Shown piece after piece: positions 33,073 through 47,154 of a DNA stretch of 64,000 nt (position 1 is its first letter; the number at the start of each line of letters is the position of its first letter). The stretch is from assembly GCF_009914755.1 (NCBI RefSeq), contig NC_060935.1. One strand, written 5' to 3'. The notes beneath the pieces were generated by a model. It saw nothing but the letters and a program-made list of their open reading frames with translations, searched no databases and was not told the DNA's origin. The stretch comes from the human T2T-CHM13v2.0 reference genome, Homo sapiens. A program made the translations under genes and the position numbers.

Positions 33073-34159
33073 ATTTAGGGCATTCATGAGGCTTGATGAG
33101 ATGTTGAAAATCAGCTGTCTCCTCCCGTCACTCTCTTCTGATTGTGGGTAGGCTCTGGTGCACCAGCTCTCCAGTGATCTCCTATCTGATGCTCAGAGTT
33201 CTTTTTCCATTGCATGGATGTCAAATAAAAGTGTCTGCTTTGTGGCATTTCTGGCTTGAGAGTACCTGCCCAATGTGATTTGCCAAGGTGCCATTTTATC
33301 AAAAGTCTTAGGATGACTGGATGGGTTTGCCTTGAATTTGTTTTGCCTTTGCTGATGGTTGTATTTAGGTTATCATTGAAAGAGGATTGCAGAACAGCGG
33401 CAGTTTCCTGTGCTGTCTGGATTGAAGTTGAATAATGCCCTAACTTTTAATTGAAAGGGACTGTTGTAGGCGGGAGACTGTCTAAGAGCTGACCTGTCAC
33501 CACCACCTGAGATGTCTGAGCCCACCCTTGGACTTTCTTGGCACGTGGGGAAGAGGGGGCCTGGGTCCTGGGCTCCCACCTAAACTCAGCAGACCCCACT
33601 GGCAGGTGTGTGTTGTGGGGGTGATGGAGGCTTTTTGGAGGGCATTGAGCTCCTTGGGTGGAGGTGGGGTGGCTGCCTTGGGGGCTCAGTGCAGCTCTGG
33701 CCATGATGGACAGAAGGAGACAAGAATGTAGCTTCTTGTTCTGAGAACTTCAGCCCAAGTTCCTCCTTTCATGCAGCAGAATCCAAGACACTGACTTGCC
33801 CCTCTCTGCTGTTGAGGCTTCTGTGTTGCAGAGATACCTTCTGGCCCTGCTTTATCCTAGTGAGGCAGCTCACCTCTCCCGTGTTTCACTGCTCGAACTC
33901 TCCTTCCCAAGGCTGTGCTAGTGGTAGTGATGACAATAATAGCTACTATTTATTGTGTGCCCCTCGTATGCTAAGTGCTTCACGTAGATTATATAATTTA
34001 ATACTTGTCACAACAGTCTTATGAGGTAAATACTGTATATATATTTAAAAAGACTATTTTTAGAGCAGTTTTAGGTTCACAGCAAAATGTAGAGGAAGTT
34101 TCACAGAGATATCCCAAGCACCCCTTGCCATTTTCTCTTAGTTATGAAAATGATCAAAT

Positions 34160-34449
<290 letters not shown>

Positions 34450-35958
34450 GATCAAATAGACTTCCAAGTGCCCATGTCTCAGGTTCAGTACTGATCAGCA
34501 TTTTACCCTCCTTTGCTTCAGCTCCCTCCTGTCATTGCTCATTGCTGAGAGTGGGTAAGGGGCTTTCTCAGGTTCCTGTAGCTGGTAGGATCCCGCTGTC
34601 CTCAAAGTTCCTGCACTCAGTGGCTGACGGTGCCAGGTGACTCCCCCTTTTGGGGTCCATGACATTTGCTGCTGTTTCTAAAGCCCCTACTGTGTGCTGC
34701 TAATCCCCTCACCAAGCTTGCAGAGCGGATGGTAACTGACAGGTGAAAAAATGCAAGAAGTTAGGTCACGGGTCCGGGGACATCCTGCTAATAGGTGGTG
34801 GTGCCAGGCTTCAAACTCAGGCCTGACTTCAAGTCCCGCAGCTTCTCTGCCCCACCCTGTCTCTGTCCTCCTCACCTCTGTAGTGTGGTGGGACTCGGTG
34901 GGGTGGTCGTTTGACTGTGGGAACTTCTGTTTGCAAAGCCTTGGAAGGACCCAGGTGACTGCAGATAGTTCCGTGAGAAGCATCTGGGACTGTTGACCTC
35001 ACTGCTGATCTTCCTTGTGAGCCTGTGATAGGGCTAACCCTTGGCTTTCTGGCCAGAGTGTAGACAGAGACCCGATTAGCATTTTGTGGTCAGTCAGAGG
35101 CAGTTTGTGAACCTGGAACTTGGAAGCTGGTTTCCTCCTCTGGGAGGGATGTGGAGCCTGGGGAGCCAGGAAGGCATGGACTGAATATACACCCAGCTGG
35201 GCAGTGGGGAAGGGAGGATTCCGTGGGGAGCTAGCCCTGAACACAGCAAGCATTTGGTAAATGGTGCCTGTTAGCTGTTTTTATCCGTATTCTAAGGTGG
35301 ACGAGCGGCGCAGGAGAGAACTGGTAGGATTAATGGAGTGGTTTCATTATTCAGATTTAAGTGCATGCAGCCAGAAGTCTTCAACTGAAGAATTGAAACT
35401 CTCTGCTCTTTTTTGGGGGTCATGGTGGCAGTGTGAGGGGCTGGTTCATGAGTGAGGAGAAAAGGTAGTGGCAGGCAGAATGGTACATTTTATATTCATA
35501 TTGTGCACATTATTCACACCTGACATGGGCCAGAAATCCTCTCCTAAGAGAGACACTTGGAAAGTAAACAGTTTGTTAATCATTTCAACCCGTGGACTTT
35601 GGTTGCAGGGTGCATTTTGATCAAGGGTTACAAACACCAATGTCTTCAGGGACATTTGGGGACATAAATAAAGGGAATGGACAAAAAGATGGAAAAGCAT
35701 ACTGCCTCTCAGTCTTTCGCATGCTCATGTTTGATAGAGAAAATCAACATCGTGGGGGCAGTGTTGCTTGGCAACTGCCATTTGTCCTCAGCGTTGGGGT
35801 GACATTACTAGGGAATGGCTGTGAACTCCAAGCACTTCCCCCCGGGAAGCGAGGCTGACACTCAGATCCAATTCATGTCTTTAATGTGGCCAAATGAGAA
35901 AGCCAGATGTATTTCTGAGAAGCCAAAAAACAAGATTTAAAAAATGCTATCTCCCTAA

Positions 35959-36260
<302 letters not shown>

Positions 36261-36724
36261 TCTATCTCCCTAATTTTTAAATACTTAAGATTTTAAGAAA
36301 CATCACAGGTCAAGCAATGCATGGCAGTGGGCTAGATTCAGACAGGGGAGCCTCAATTTAGGACCCCCAGATTTATCATACAAGGTGGAGGAAGGGTTCA
36401 GATAGGGACTTGGGGATTGCCAACTCTGACCCTCTCTTCAGATGAAGAGATTAGCCCTGTGGAGGAGTCCAGGATTTGTATTTTAGTCTTGGTACTGGGT
36501 GTTCTGGGTTGAGTTGCTAGACCATTCTGGGACAAGTTGCTAGACCATTCTGGGACTTACTTTCTTCCTCCATAAAGTCAAAGGGTAGGTAGATCACACA
36601 TTTTTAAAGTGTGCTCCTTGAGGTGTGTCAGGGGTTCCATAAGCATTTGCTTTCAGTTTTATTAAAAGCAGCCTGTACTCTCAAATTTGAGTATATTTGA
36701 AATTGTAATGAGAGCAGTTGCTCA

Positions 36725-37060
36725 GGATGGAGTGTGGTGGCTCATGCCTGCCCCACACTTTGGAAACCTGAGGTGGAGGAAACCTTCAGGCCAGGAGTTT
36801 GAGACCAGCCAGGGAAGTATAGGGAGACCCCATTTCTACAAAAAACAAAAATATTAGCTGGGTATAGTGGGACACATGTGTAGTTTGAACTACTCGGAAG
36901 GCTGAGGCTGGGGGATCGCTTGAGCCCAGGAGTTTAAGGCTGCAGTGAGCTATGATTGTGCCATTGTACTCTGGCCTGGGCCACAGAGTGAGATCCTGTC
37001 TCAAAAAAACAAAAAACAAAACAAAAACAAATTAAAAAACAAAACAAACCAAAAAAACCA
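36725..37060 (+). mobile_element. AluJ
   Basis: Diverged Alu (gatcgcttgagcccaggag) with an A/C-rich tail. Confidence 0.82.
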
Positions 37061-40000
37061 ACCAACACATTTGCCCAAATAGTGAATCACATCAAATTTT
37101 AAAATTCGCTGGAAACTATCTGCTTCTTAATTTGATTATACATCAATTATGTTCAAAGTAAAAAACAAGGTAATTTGAAACAGCTGCTTTTATCCAGGTG
37201 TATACACGGTGTATACATACACAGATATGTATGAAATGTGGAACTCTATACCCGTATGTATGGAGTTCCTCATAAGAGTCTTTTTGAGAAAATAGTTCCA
37301 TTGCTAAAAATACCCAATGGAAACTTCTGGCCTGGGATTTCCAAGTTCACCCTCGGCTGTGCGTCTCAAAGTCCACACAGCCTCACCAAAATAGCCCTTC
37401 TGGGTACTTTTTTCTGTGTGTTCTTGGAGGAGGCCATCGTGCCTCCAGCTCCCTAAGGCGGAAGATGAGCCAGCGGGGATCTTTGCAGGGTGGTTGGTTC
37501 TCGTTCCTTCCACCGAAGCCTTCCATGGCATTTTTGGGACCTGGAATTGTGAATTATTCTGCCTCTTCCCCACAGTCCCTGATGACAGCATGAAGTTCAG
37601 AGAGTTTATTTGCAGATGAGGCAGGGAAGCCGGCCTGTTCTCATCTTGCTGTGCCTGATGCCTTGTGCTTGGGGCACTGTTCACTGTGCTGCCTGCTGGC
37701 CTGCTTGTCTCTGCCTTTTGGACGGGAGATAGGCCACCCCACAGTGCCACACCTGCCTTCAGGGAAGCTTTTGGGTGTTCCTTGTCTGGCTTCTGGGTTC
37801 AGTGGGAGGGCCCACCCAGCCTGTCATTTTAATGATTTACCTTAGAGGAGCCAGTTTTATAGGGAGTTGTTGGATAATCTTCACAAGGCAGATAAATGGG
37901 AGAGCAGGAAGAATGATGGCCTTTCAGAGTTGAAATCTGTGCTGCTCCAAATCCCATAAACTGCTATTTGATTTTAAACATTGCTTGAAGCGGTTCACAT
38001 TTTGGTTAATTACGTCAGTGGGTAAAAATAACTATTGTCATATGGTGTGTGGGCTTGGCTTTAGAAGGATAAAGAGTCTATTGTTACCCATTGTGCTATT
38101 CAGTCACTTATTACCCATCCTTAAAAGCCCAACGTGGATAACAGAAAACCTGGAGAGCTTTGTCACTTGCTGAAATCCAAGCTGCCCTGTGAATTTATCC
38201 CCAAACACTGCTCCTTTTGAGAAACTTGTACAAGCTGCCTTAATTCAGTCAATTCAAATGGGTTGATGGGGGCTGTTCCCAAGGCCCAGGACAGGCAGGG
38301 GTTTGTGACCTGCAGCCCTGGAACTGCCTTTGGGTTTCATGGTCTCAGTTGAGACCTGCCCAGGGTTGAACCAGCTTAGTGCTCCCTGGGGGTGGTTAAG
38401 TTCAAGGACTTCAGGGTCCGATTGACCTTGGGCTGAATCTTGACCTGGGGCTGTAAGATGCTCGGTCAGGACCTTAACTTTTCCAAGGCTCGGTGTCTAC
38501 ATCTGGAAAATGGGGATAAACACAGTTCCTCCCTGCTGGGATTATTGTAAGGCTTGAATGAGATGATAAATACAACATCTGACTTGCGACTGGACGGTAG
38601 CAAAGGGTTTAGTTAATATTATAATAAGTAGAATGGAACAGCATTAGATTCTCACACAGGGTCACTATGTTGTTTTCTCCCATTCTACCCCTGCATATTA
38701 CCCTGAAGCACCCCCAAGCCTCTCCCTCCCCATCCCTCAAGCCCCTCCCTCCCCATCCCCCAAGCTCACCAGGTCCTGGCGCACCCAGATCTTTCACTGC
38801 TTTTCTTGCCTGTGAGCTCTTGGGGAGTCAGGACCACCTTAAGCACCCTCTGCATCTTTGGCACCTAACCTGGGGCCTGGGGCCCTGCAGGGCCACAATT
38901 AGCAGCATGGACAACAGCATGGACGGAGAGGGTCTCAGAGCCTGGAGAGCTCCTAGGGGCTGGAGCAGTCACAGGAAGTCACCAAGTGAATTGAAGGGTG
39001 GTGGCTTTGGAGGTTCAGTGAGGCAAGAAGAAGGCTGTTAGGCTGGGAATTAAGGAACCTTGTGTTGTTCGAGTCTCAGGACAACTCAGATATGGGGTCT
39101 GTATTGCAAATGCCCCTGCGTCATTTTACAACTGATGAAAACAATGGCTCCACGAGACCCTCAAGTGCCAGAGCTCATGAGTGACAGTGGAAGTTGAACT
39201 AACCTTTTAACCACCCTAGTCCACACCTGTCAGGCTGACGGGCTTTCAGTGGTGATGTGTTGGGAGCTCTGTGCCGCAGATCTCTGTGTGCTCCTGAGAC
39301 TCTGCCCGCCTGTCTCTACCCTGCTGTGCCCACTAGGAGGAGGCTGACCTTTATGTTCTACACCAGTGGGTGCCCTTGGTCTCCAGCTTCCAGTGGGCCA
39401 GTCTGGCGAGAGACCCTAGCTGGAGATGAGGGGAGGTAGCCTTGGCCTCTCTCCTTGCCCTTCCTCGCTGCTGCTACCCCAGGATTCTTGCCCATCCCTT
39501 ACTGGTTTTCCTTAACCCCACCCTCACCCTTGAAAACAGACTCTTTAAAACTCTCCTCACTCACCCTCATTGAGTGTGTCATCTGCTCCAGCTAGGATAT
39601 TGGCTAATACCGCATGTTTCAGAAAGAAAAATTCGCAGTTCTATTTATTTTTTTACTGTGGATTGAAGGGAGAGGCAACCAGGTATATGGATGAAGGAGT
39701 AGGGCCTGGCTGTCACCACTGGTGTTCACAAAAGGCTCCCGTTTAAGTCCTCTTATATTCCAAATGAGGGGTTATAGGTCGAGTCAGGGCGTTGCTCTAA
39801 CAGAAGCAAAACCAAAAATACACGGCCGTAGATACAACCCTGTTCTGGTACTTCCTAATTTTGTGTGTACATGTGTGCACCTGGAGCTTCAAGAAATGAA
39901 AATGGAAATGGCCTGAGTGTTTCTCAGCCCTAGGATGAGGCTGTTTCTGTGATTTAGGGCTGGAGGTTATGAAGACTTGGTTTACAATATGCACAGTACA

Positions 40001-40253
40001 GAAGCGGGGAAGTCAAGGTGTGCTGGGCAAGGAAACATCTTTATGTGACCCACAAAGAGTGAAGCAGAGGGAAGAACCAGAAGTTATTCTGGTTTGCAGA
40101 CTGGGAGACAGGTTTAATGACACAGTCATGTCAGAGAGAGGGGAAGAGGAGAATACGTAGGGGGTCTGTTTTGATGTGTATGTACATGTAGGATTTTCAT
40201 GTAGAGGAGTTGGGGAAAATTTTAGAAGTTTTAGGTGTAAATGCAGCTGGTAA

Positions 40254-40613
<360 letters not shown>

Positions 40614-41328
40614 TAGTTTTTGAGTGGGAAGAATCTAGTGTTCAGAGTGGACCACTGATGTCATAGCTGCAGGTTTGGCTGAATTGGGATGGTGCAGAAA
40701 GCCGTGTTAACCATTTCTTTTTCTCTGAGGCCTGGAGGAGGATCCTTGTGACTGGAACCACAGTTGGGACTGGCAGTGGTTTTTCCTGCTGGCAAGGAAA
40801 AAAAAAAAGAGAAAAGAAAGAGTTCGACTTATCAGCACAAAGAAAGGAGGATGTGAAACTAGAACCATCTCTAGGGCAGTTCTAGCAATGAACAAGGCTG
40901 GAAGGCTCACCGGCGAGGGGTTTCCCCTCAGGAAAGGGGACAGAGAAGCTTCCACCTCCTGGGTAGCATTGGGTGTTCCTGGGCACATCTGGGTGACTAA
41001 CGGGTTTTCTGCCACACAACTGGGGTATATAGGGAAGTCTTTGGCCAGAACTGTGGGCCGTACTGCATTCTTCCCGTGTCTGTCACTGCTGAGTCGTGAG
41101 CTTGATCTCTTTTCTTAGTGTTTGCTCCTTTTGTCCAGCTATGGGGGCCAGCAGAAGCTTTGGGTCATCTGTACCAGTGACTTTGCTGTGAAGATGTAAG
41201 GGAGAGTGGTTGAGGTCAAGATCTGGGTTCTGGTTCTTGTGCCTCCTCTCTGGCTGTGTGTCCTTCAACAAGCTGCTTACTGTCTCTGGGCCTCCGTGCC
41301 CTCTGCAACTGGGTTGTTGGTCTATTTA

Positions 41329-41636
<308 letters not shown>

Positions 41637-43601
41637 GTTATTCAAAAAATACTTTGGAAAACAATGCTGGGGAGAGTATGAGCTTCAGATTGCACATTGG
41701 TTTCTATCAGGAGGATCTGAGCCTCGGTGGTGTTACCTGTAAAATGGGGATAAAAATACCTCACAGGGTTGCAGTGAAGATGTAAGGATGATGATGATGA
41801 CAACAGCAGCTCAAATAGATCATTTAACTTAATTCTCGCCAAAGCAAGGCAGATACAAAGATCATCCTGTTGGCAGATACAGACAGGGAGGGACAGAGAG
41901 GTTAATTAAGCAAGCTACCTGCCCGCAGTTACATGGCCAGAAGCAGTGGCACTGAACGACTTCCTTCAGGCGGTCTGAGTCCAGGTCTCAGCTCTTAGCC
42001 ATCACTCCATGGTTCTGTGCTGAGACAAGGGATGTAGAAAGCCCAGCACAGTGTCTGTTACATAGTAGGTGCTTAGTAAGTTAGAGTTCCTTTTTATCCT
42101 CAGAATGCGTTTGCAAGTATAGCCTCCCACAGTGCTTTTACTTTAATCTTTCCCCTTACTGGGCAAAAAAATGTTTGCTGCCCTGTGCGACTTGCCTAGC
42201 TATTGACTTCTCTTTTTTCTGCCTCTCTCCTATGATCCATCCTAGACTGTGGATTGAGGCTCAGCCTAGATTAAAGGGCAGGGGCTGGAGGAGGAAGATG
42301 AGCTGAAAAAGGGTAGGCCTGAGGCGCGAAGGAGTTGATGGTAGGGTGGAAGGTGGGAATGGGAAGTTTGAGAATTGGAGGACCTGGGGGCAAGACTTTC
42401 CCCCTCTGGGCTCGTTCTTTCCTTCCTGTGCCGTTTATTGAGTGCCTACTGGGTCCACCATTCTAGGCATGGGGCACAGACAAGATCTCTGTTCTCATGG
42501 AGCACACAGTGTGGTTGGAGGAGTCAGTGATGGACAGAGAGTGAGGGGTGTTGGTTTCCATGGCTGCTCGGAGAAGGACTTGCTGAGGAGGTGGCGTTTT
42601 GGGCAGGCCATGAAAAGGTCTGGGCAGAGTGTGTTTGTGGGAGGGAATAAATATGTAAAGGCTCTAGGGGAGAATCAGTTTCGAGAATGTGAGGGGGCAG
42701 TGAGACCAGAGGGGCTAGTGGGCTGTGGCTGAGTTTGAATTTTATTCTAAGTGTCATGGAAAGTAGGAGGACGGTTTTTTCCACCGGGGTCCTTTTTGAT
42801 TATTTTATTCTTCGTGACGATCCTACTTAAAAAAAAAAATCTTATTCACCAAAAAGGTGTGTTTGTGAAACAATAGAGTGTACAACCTTGAATCACTTTA
42901 GATTTTTAAAGTATAGGGAAACAATTATGGATCACAATGAATATCCTTGAGGGCTGCTCCCCTCCCCAGCTGACACTGTCAGCTAAACCTTTAAGGCCTC
43001 TTGTGTGTCAAGCATTAATTCTTCCCAAAGCTGCTTGACATGTGATTAAAAATTTTTACTGCCACCTACTGATGGAAAGAAGAAGATGAATTTTTGTACA
43101 ATGAAAATCCCAAACACAGTGGATTTCTGGTTTCCACTGTGCTGTCAGGACTGGGAAATGGGTCTGGGGAAGGGGTGTGCTGGGCTTGGTATCCCCCCCA
43201 CCCAACCCCCTTTTTTTGGCCCTGACAATCTGGTCTCTGCTTCTGTGTCCTTCTGCTTCAGCTCATCGCACAGTGGGTGGAGGGAGGTGCTGACCTGGGG
43301 AGTTGCTCCGGGGAGAGGGCTGGAGGTGGGGGGATGTGTCTGGGGAGAAACACTGGGCACTGGGAGTCAGCAGCCGCCAGCCCCCACATAACCCAGTTAA
43401 TCCTTTGTAATTGACCCCGAGGTTGCAATGATTCCCTGTGTTTAATGTCCCAAGACGGCCTAACCCTGACCAGCAGACCTTTGCTTAATGTGCTTCTTAC
43501 CACCCCACCCCCATTATTAAATCCTCAACTGCTTTATTTCTGATTTGCATTTTCCATGGCTGAATGAATCTGCTGACTTCCGTTTTCTTTTTCTGTTTCA
43601 G

Positions 43602-43620
43602 ATCCTGTGCGCAGGTGGCA
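43602..43620 (+). CDS. PTPRJ: PTPRJ exon 2, a 19-nt microexon (ILCAGG + 1 nt; end of signal peptide)
   Basis: Polypyrimidine tract and ...tttcag|ATCCTGTGCGCAGGTGGCA|gtgagt. The translation matches the known PTPRJ N-terminus (...RLGQ-ILCAGGT-PSPIPD) and joins exon 3 in frame (A|CC = Thr). Confidence 0.93.
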
Positions 43621-43658
43621 GTGAGTACCCTTTTCCTCTCTATTCTTGTGTTGTTCGC

Positions 43659-43677
43659 TACTGCCCCCTAATGGACA
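43659..43677 (-). promoter_or_regulatory. Candidate CTCF site
   Basis: The minus strand reads TGTCCATTAGGGGGCAGTA, a close match to the CTCF core CCASYAGRKGGCRS. Confidence 0.5.
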
Positions 43678-43736
43678 CACAGCAACATTAACAGCAATGT
43701 GAAATGCTAATTTATTAAAACCTGCTCGGTTTCCAA

Positions 43737-44085
<349 letters not shown>

Positions 44086-44453
44086 TGAAAGAAAAAATTT
44101 TAATTAATTGTGCAATCATGATGAAAATTTATATTTTCTGTAATTTTTTTCTAGCCTCATCTGTGGGCGATTTAACTTAGTTGAAATTGTAATACATTAT
44201 TTGTATATTGTTTATGTGCTGTTATCCTTTAAGTATTTTCTTGTGTTGCTACATTGCCCTTTTGTTGCTACATTGCTACATTTAAAGAATGGGGTGGAAG
44301 ATCGTCATAACCTTTGGAAAATGAGACCTGGACTCCCGCATGTTTTGCTTTCATGCACAGGGCTGAGTCCCAACTGCTGACAGTGCTGGTTCATTCCCTG
44401 GTAATAAAATGAGAAAAATAAGGATATGACTAGAAGTTTTTTAAGGAAGCTTA

Positions 44454-45000
<547 letters not shown>

Positions 45001-45228
45001 TCATGGAAGCATATATGGGCAGATCTTGCTGAAATCTTCTAATAAAGCAAATCTCAATTAATAATGGTAATTAGAGCCTGTGCAAACAATGGGAAGAGTA
45101 CTGCCGTTGGTTTTTCTTCCTGTTAATTAGTTTAATAAATAAACTGGTGGGTACCTTGTACAGGCTTGAATCACTGCTGCAGAAGAACACTTCTATTCAA
45201 ACATCTACCGTAGGTAGTAGAATTGCGG

Positions 45229-46310
45229 GAAACAGAAATCATGAGCTATTTTAACTGAAAGGATTTACCCTGGGAAGTGAGAGTTTACAGAGTCATTGGA
45301 AGGGCCGCTGTATTAGTTTGCCAGGGCTGCTGTAATAAGATCAAGGTCTTGGGGGTTAGGACTTCAACATATGAATTTGGGGGTGGCGGAGCACAAGTCA
45401 GCTCATAACAGCTGGGGAGGAGGCTTTAGGCCTGGCCCTGAGAAATTACTCCCAGACTAAGGCTGCAGAACTGACCCCCTAGAGAGTCACCACCTTGGTC
45501 ATAGACAGCAAGCAGAGAGGGAGGAATCAGGAAGTCCCTGCTGTAGTTGCTGGATCCAGCGGTGAATGTTCTGAGCTGTGATCCTGGGATCAGGAAGCTG
45601 CAGCCACTGCCACAGTGTTGGTTCTAGAGCCAGGCAGCATGAGATCCAGTCATCGCATCCACACTACAGCTATAAGAAGGAGGAAGGGCAGAAGGTTGTG
45701 CTCCACCCTTTAAGGACACTTGCTAGAAGTCAGACAGAACGTCTGGTCACACTCTGTTTGACAGAAGTTAGTCACATGCAACATCTAGCTGCATGGGAGG
45801 CTGGGAAATGTGGTCTTTGTTCCCAACAGCTATGCATATACAGGGCCAAAAATCTCCAGGAGTATGATGAAGGGAAAATGGGGGAATGGAGTTTGGGGGT
45901 CAAGAGTGGTCTCTGCTGCACCTCCCTGAACAGAGACTCTAGGAGACTAGTAATGAATTCAAGATAAAGCAGCCAGTGTGGCCAAGGTTCTCCTTCAGTG
46001 CCTGAGCTCTTGGCCATAGGAGCTCACGCCTCCTCTCCTTTCCTGTGAATGACTGTGTGCAGTGTAAGCATGGAGCTTCTGCACTCTCGTGGCCAGGTAC
46101 TCTCCATGTGGCCAGAAATGGCAGTTTCTGAGGGGCTCATGTTGTAGGTGATGATACAAAGAAGAGAAAGAGAGGGATCAGTTTTTCCAAGTGTGCATTT
46201 CATTTCAGTGTAAATATTTTGTGAGGTGGGGCATCCCTGTCTCCTGGAGAAATATATTTTTAATCTAATTGTTTACTTTCTTTGCATAGCCCCTAGTCCA
46301 ATTCCTGACC
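45229..46310 (+). repeat. Intragenic duplication, copy A (end of intron 2 plus exon 3 start)
   Basis: Colinear with 62645-64000. By-eye counts: 11 mismatches in 120 nt at 45961-46080, and 2 in the last ~70 nt before the acceptor. Confidence 0.95.
45309..45410 (-). mobile_element. Internally deleted paralogue of the MLT1 LTR at 62726-63108
   Basis: Same two termini in the same flanking context, but only 102 bp long. Confidence 0.8.
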
Positions 46311-46526
46311 CTTCAGTAGCAACTGTTGCCACAGGGGAAAATGGCATAACGCAGATCAGCAGTACAGCAGAATCCTTTCATAAACAGAATGGAACTGGAA
46401 CACCTCAGGTGGAAACAAACACCAGTGAGGATGGTGAAAGCTCTGGAGCCAACGATAGTTTAAGAACACCTGAACAAGGATCTAATGGGACTGATGGGGC
46501 ATCTCAAAAAACTCCCAGTAGCACTG
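46290..46526 (+). CDS. PTPRJ: PTPRJ exon 3 (237 nt), Ser/Thr-rich N-terminal ectodomain segment
   Basis: tttgcatag|CCCCTAGTCCA...AGCACTG|gtaagc; encodes PSPIPDPSVATVATGENG...ASQKTPSST (within ORF 46226..46618). Confidence 0.96.
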
Positions 46527-46943
46527 GTAAGCATAGGCTTTTCTGCCAGTCATGTTTCTTAAAGGAAATCGGTAGAATTTATAAATGTCATGTTTTCCAA
46601 ATACTGTTCTTCTTTTAATTACCTAAGAAAATCTTTTTAAAAATTTTTATAAAGATAGTAATGCATATTCATTATATAAAACATAGACAAGAAAAGAATA
46701 ACAAGTAAATCATTAACTGGAGATAACCATTGATCACTTGATATACGAGTTTTATAATTTTAAGATATATGCATGCCTGTGTGCATATGTATATACATAT
46801 ATATGTTTTATTTTGTTTTACAAATATCAAGGTCATCCTTTACATGTAGCTTCTCACCAATATATTACAAATATTCTTCCCTGTTAGTATATACATTTCT
46901 ACAGGACAGTTTTAATACCTGCCTGGCATTCTATTTTCTAAAT

Positions 46944-47134
46944 CAGGGTTGGCAGATAATAATGGTCCTTGGGCCAAATATAGATCACTTTCTGTTTTTG
47001 TAAGTAAAGTTTTATTGAGTCTGCCTATGGCTGCTTTCATGCTAGAATTGAGTAGTGGCAATGGAGAATTTGTGGCTTGTAAAGCCTGAAATATTTATTC
47101 TGTGGCCCTTACAGAAAAACATTGCTGATACCTG
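46944..47134. mobile_element. MER58A-like MITE
   Basis: cagggttggcag ... aaagttttattg ... gcctgaaatatttattctgtggcccttacagaaaaacattgctgatacctg. Confidence 0.7.
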
Positions 47135-47154
47135 GGTTAGATAATTGATTCTAA

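Noticed and set aside
36512-36556. Perfect 22-bp direct repeat (agttgctagaccattctgggac twice)
   Set aside because: Ordinary slippage micro-duplication with no further structure.
40917-40926. Isolated NF-kB consensus GGGGTTTCCC
   Set aside because: A single 10-mer without supporting context is expected by chance in 64 kb.
45578-46017. ORFs 45578..45967 and 45772..46017 resemble ORFs 63310..63663 and 63342..63713, like a small paralogous gene pair
   Set aside because: The similarity appears on both strands and includes frameshifts. It reflects the DNA duplication of MaLR-derived intron, not protein conservation.
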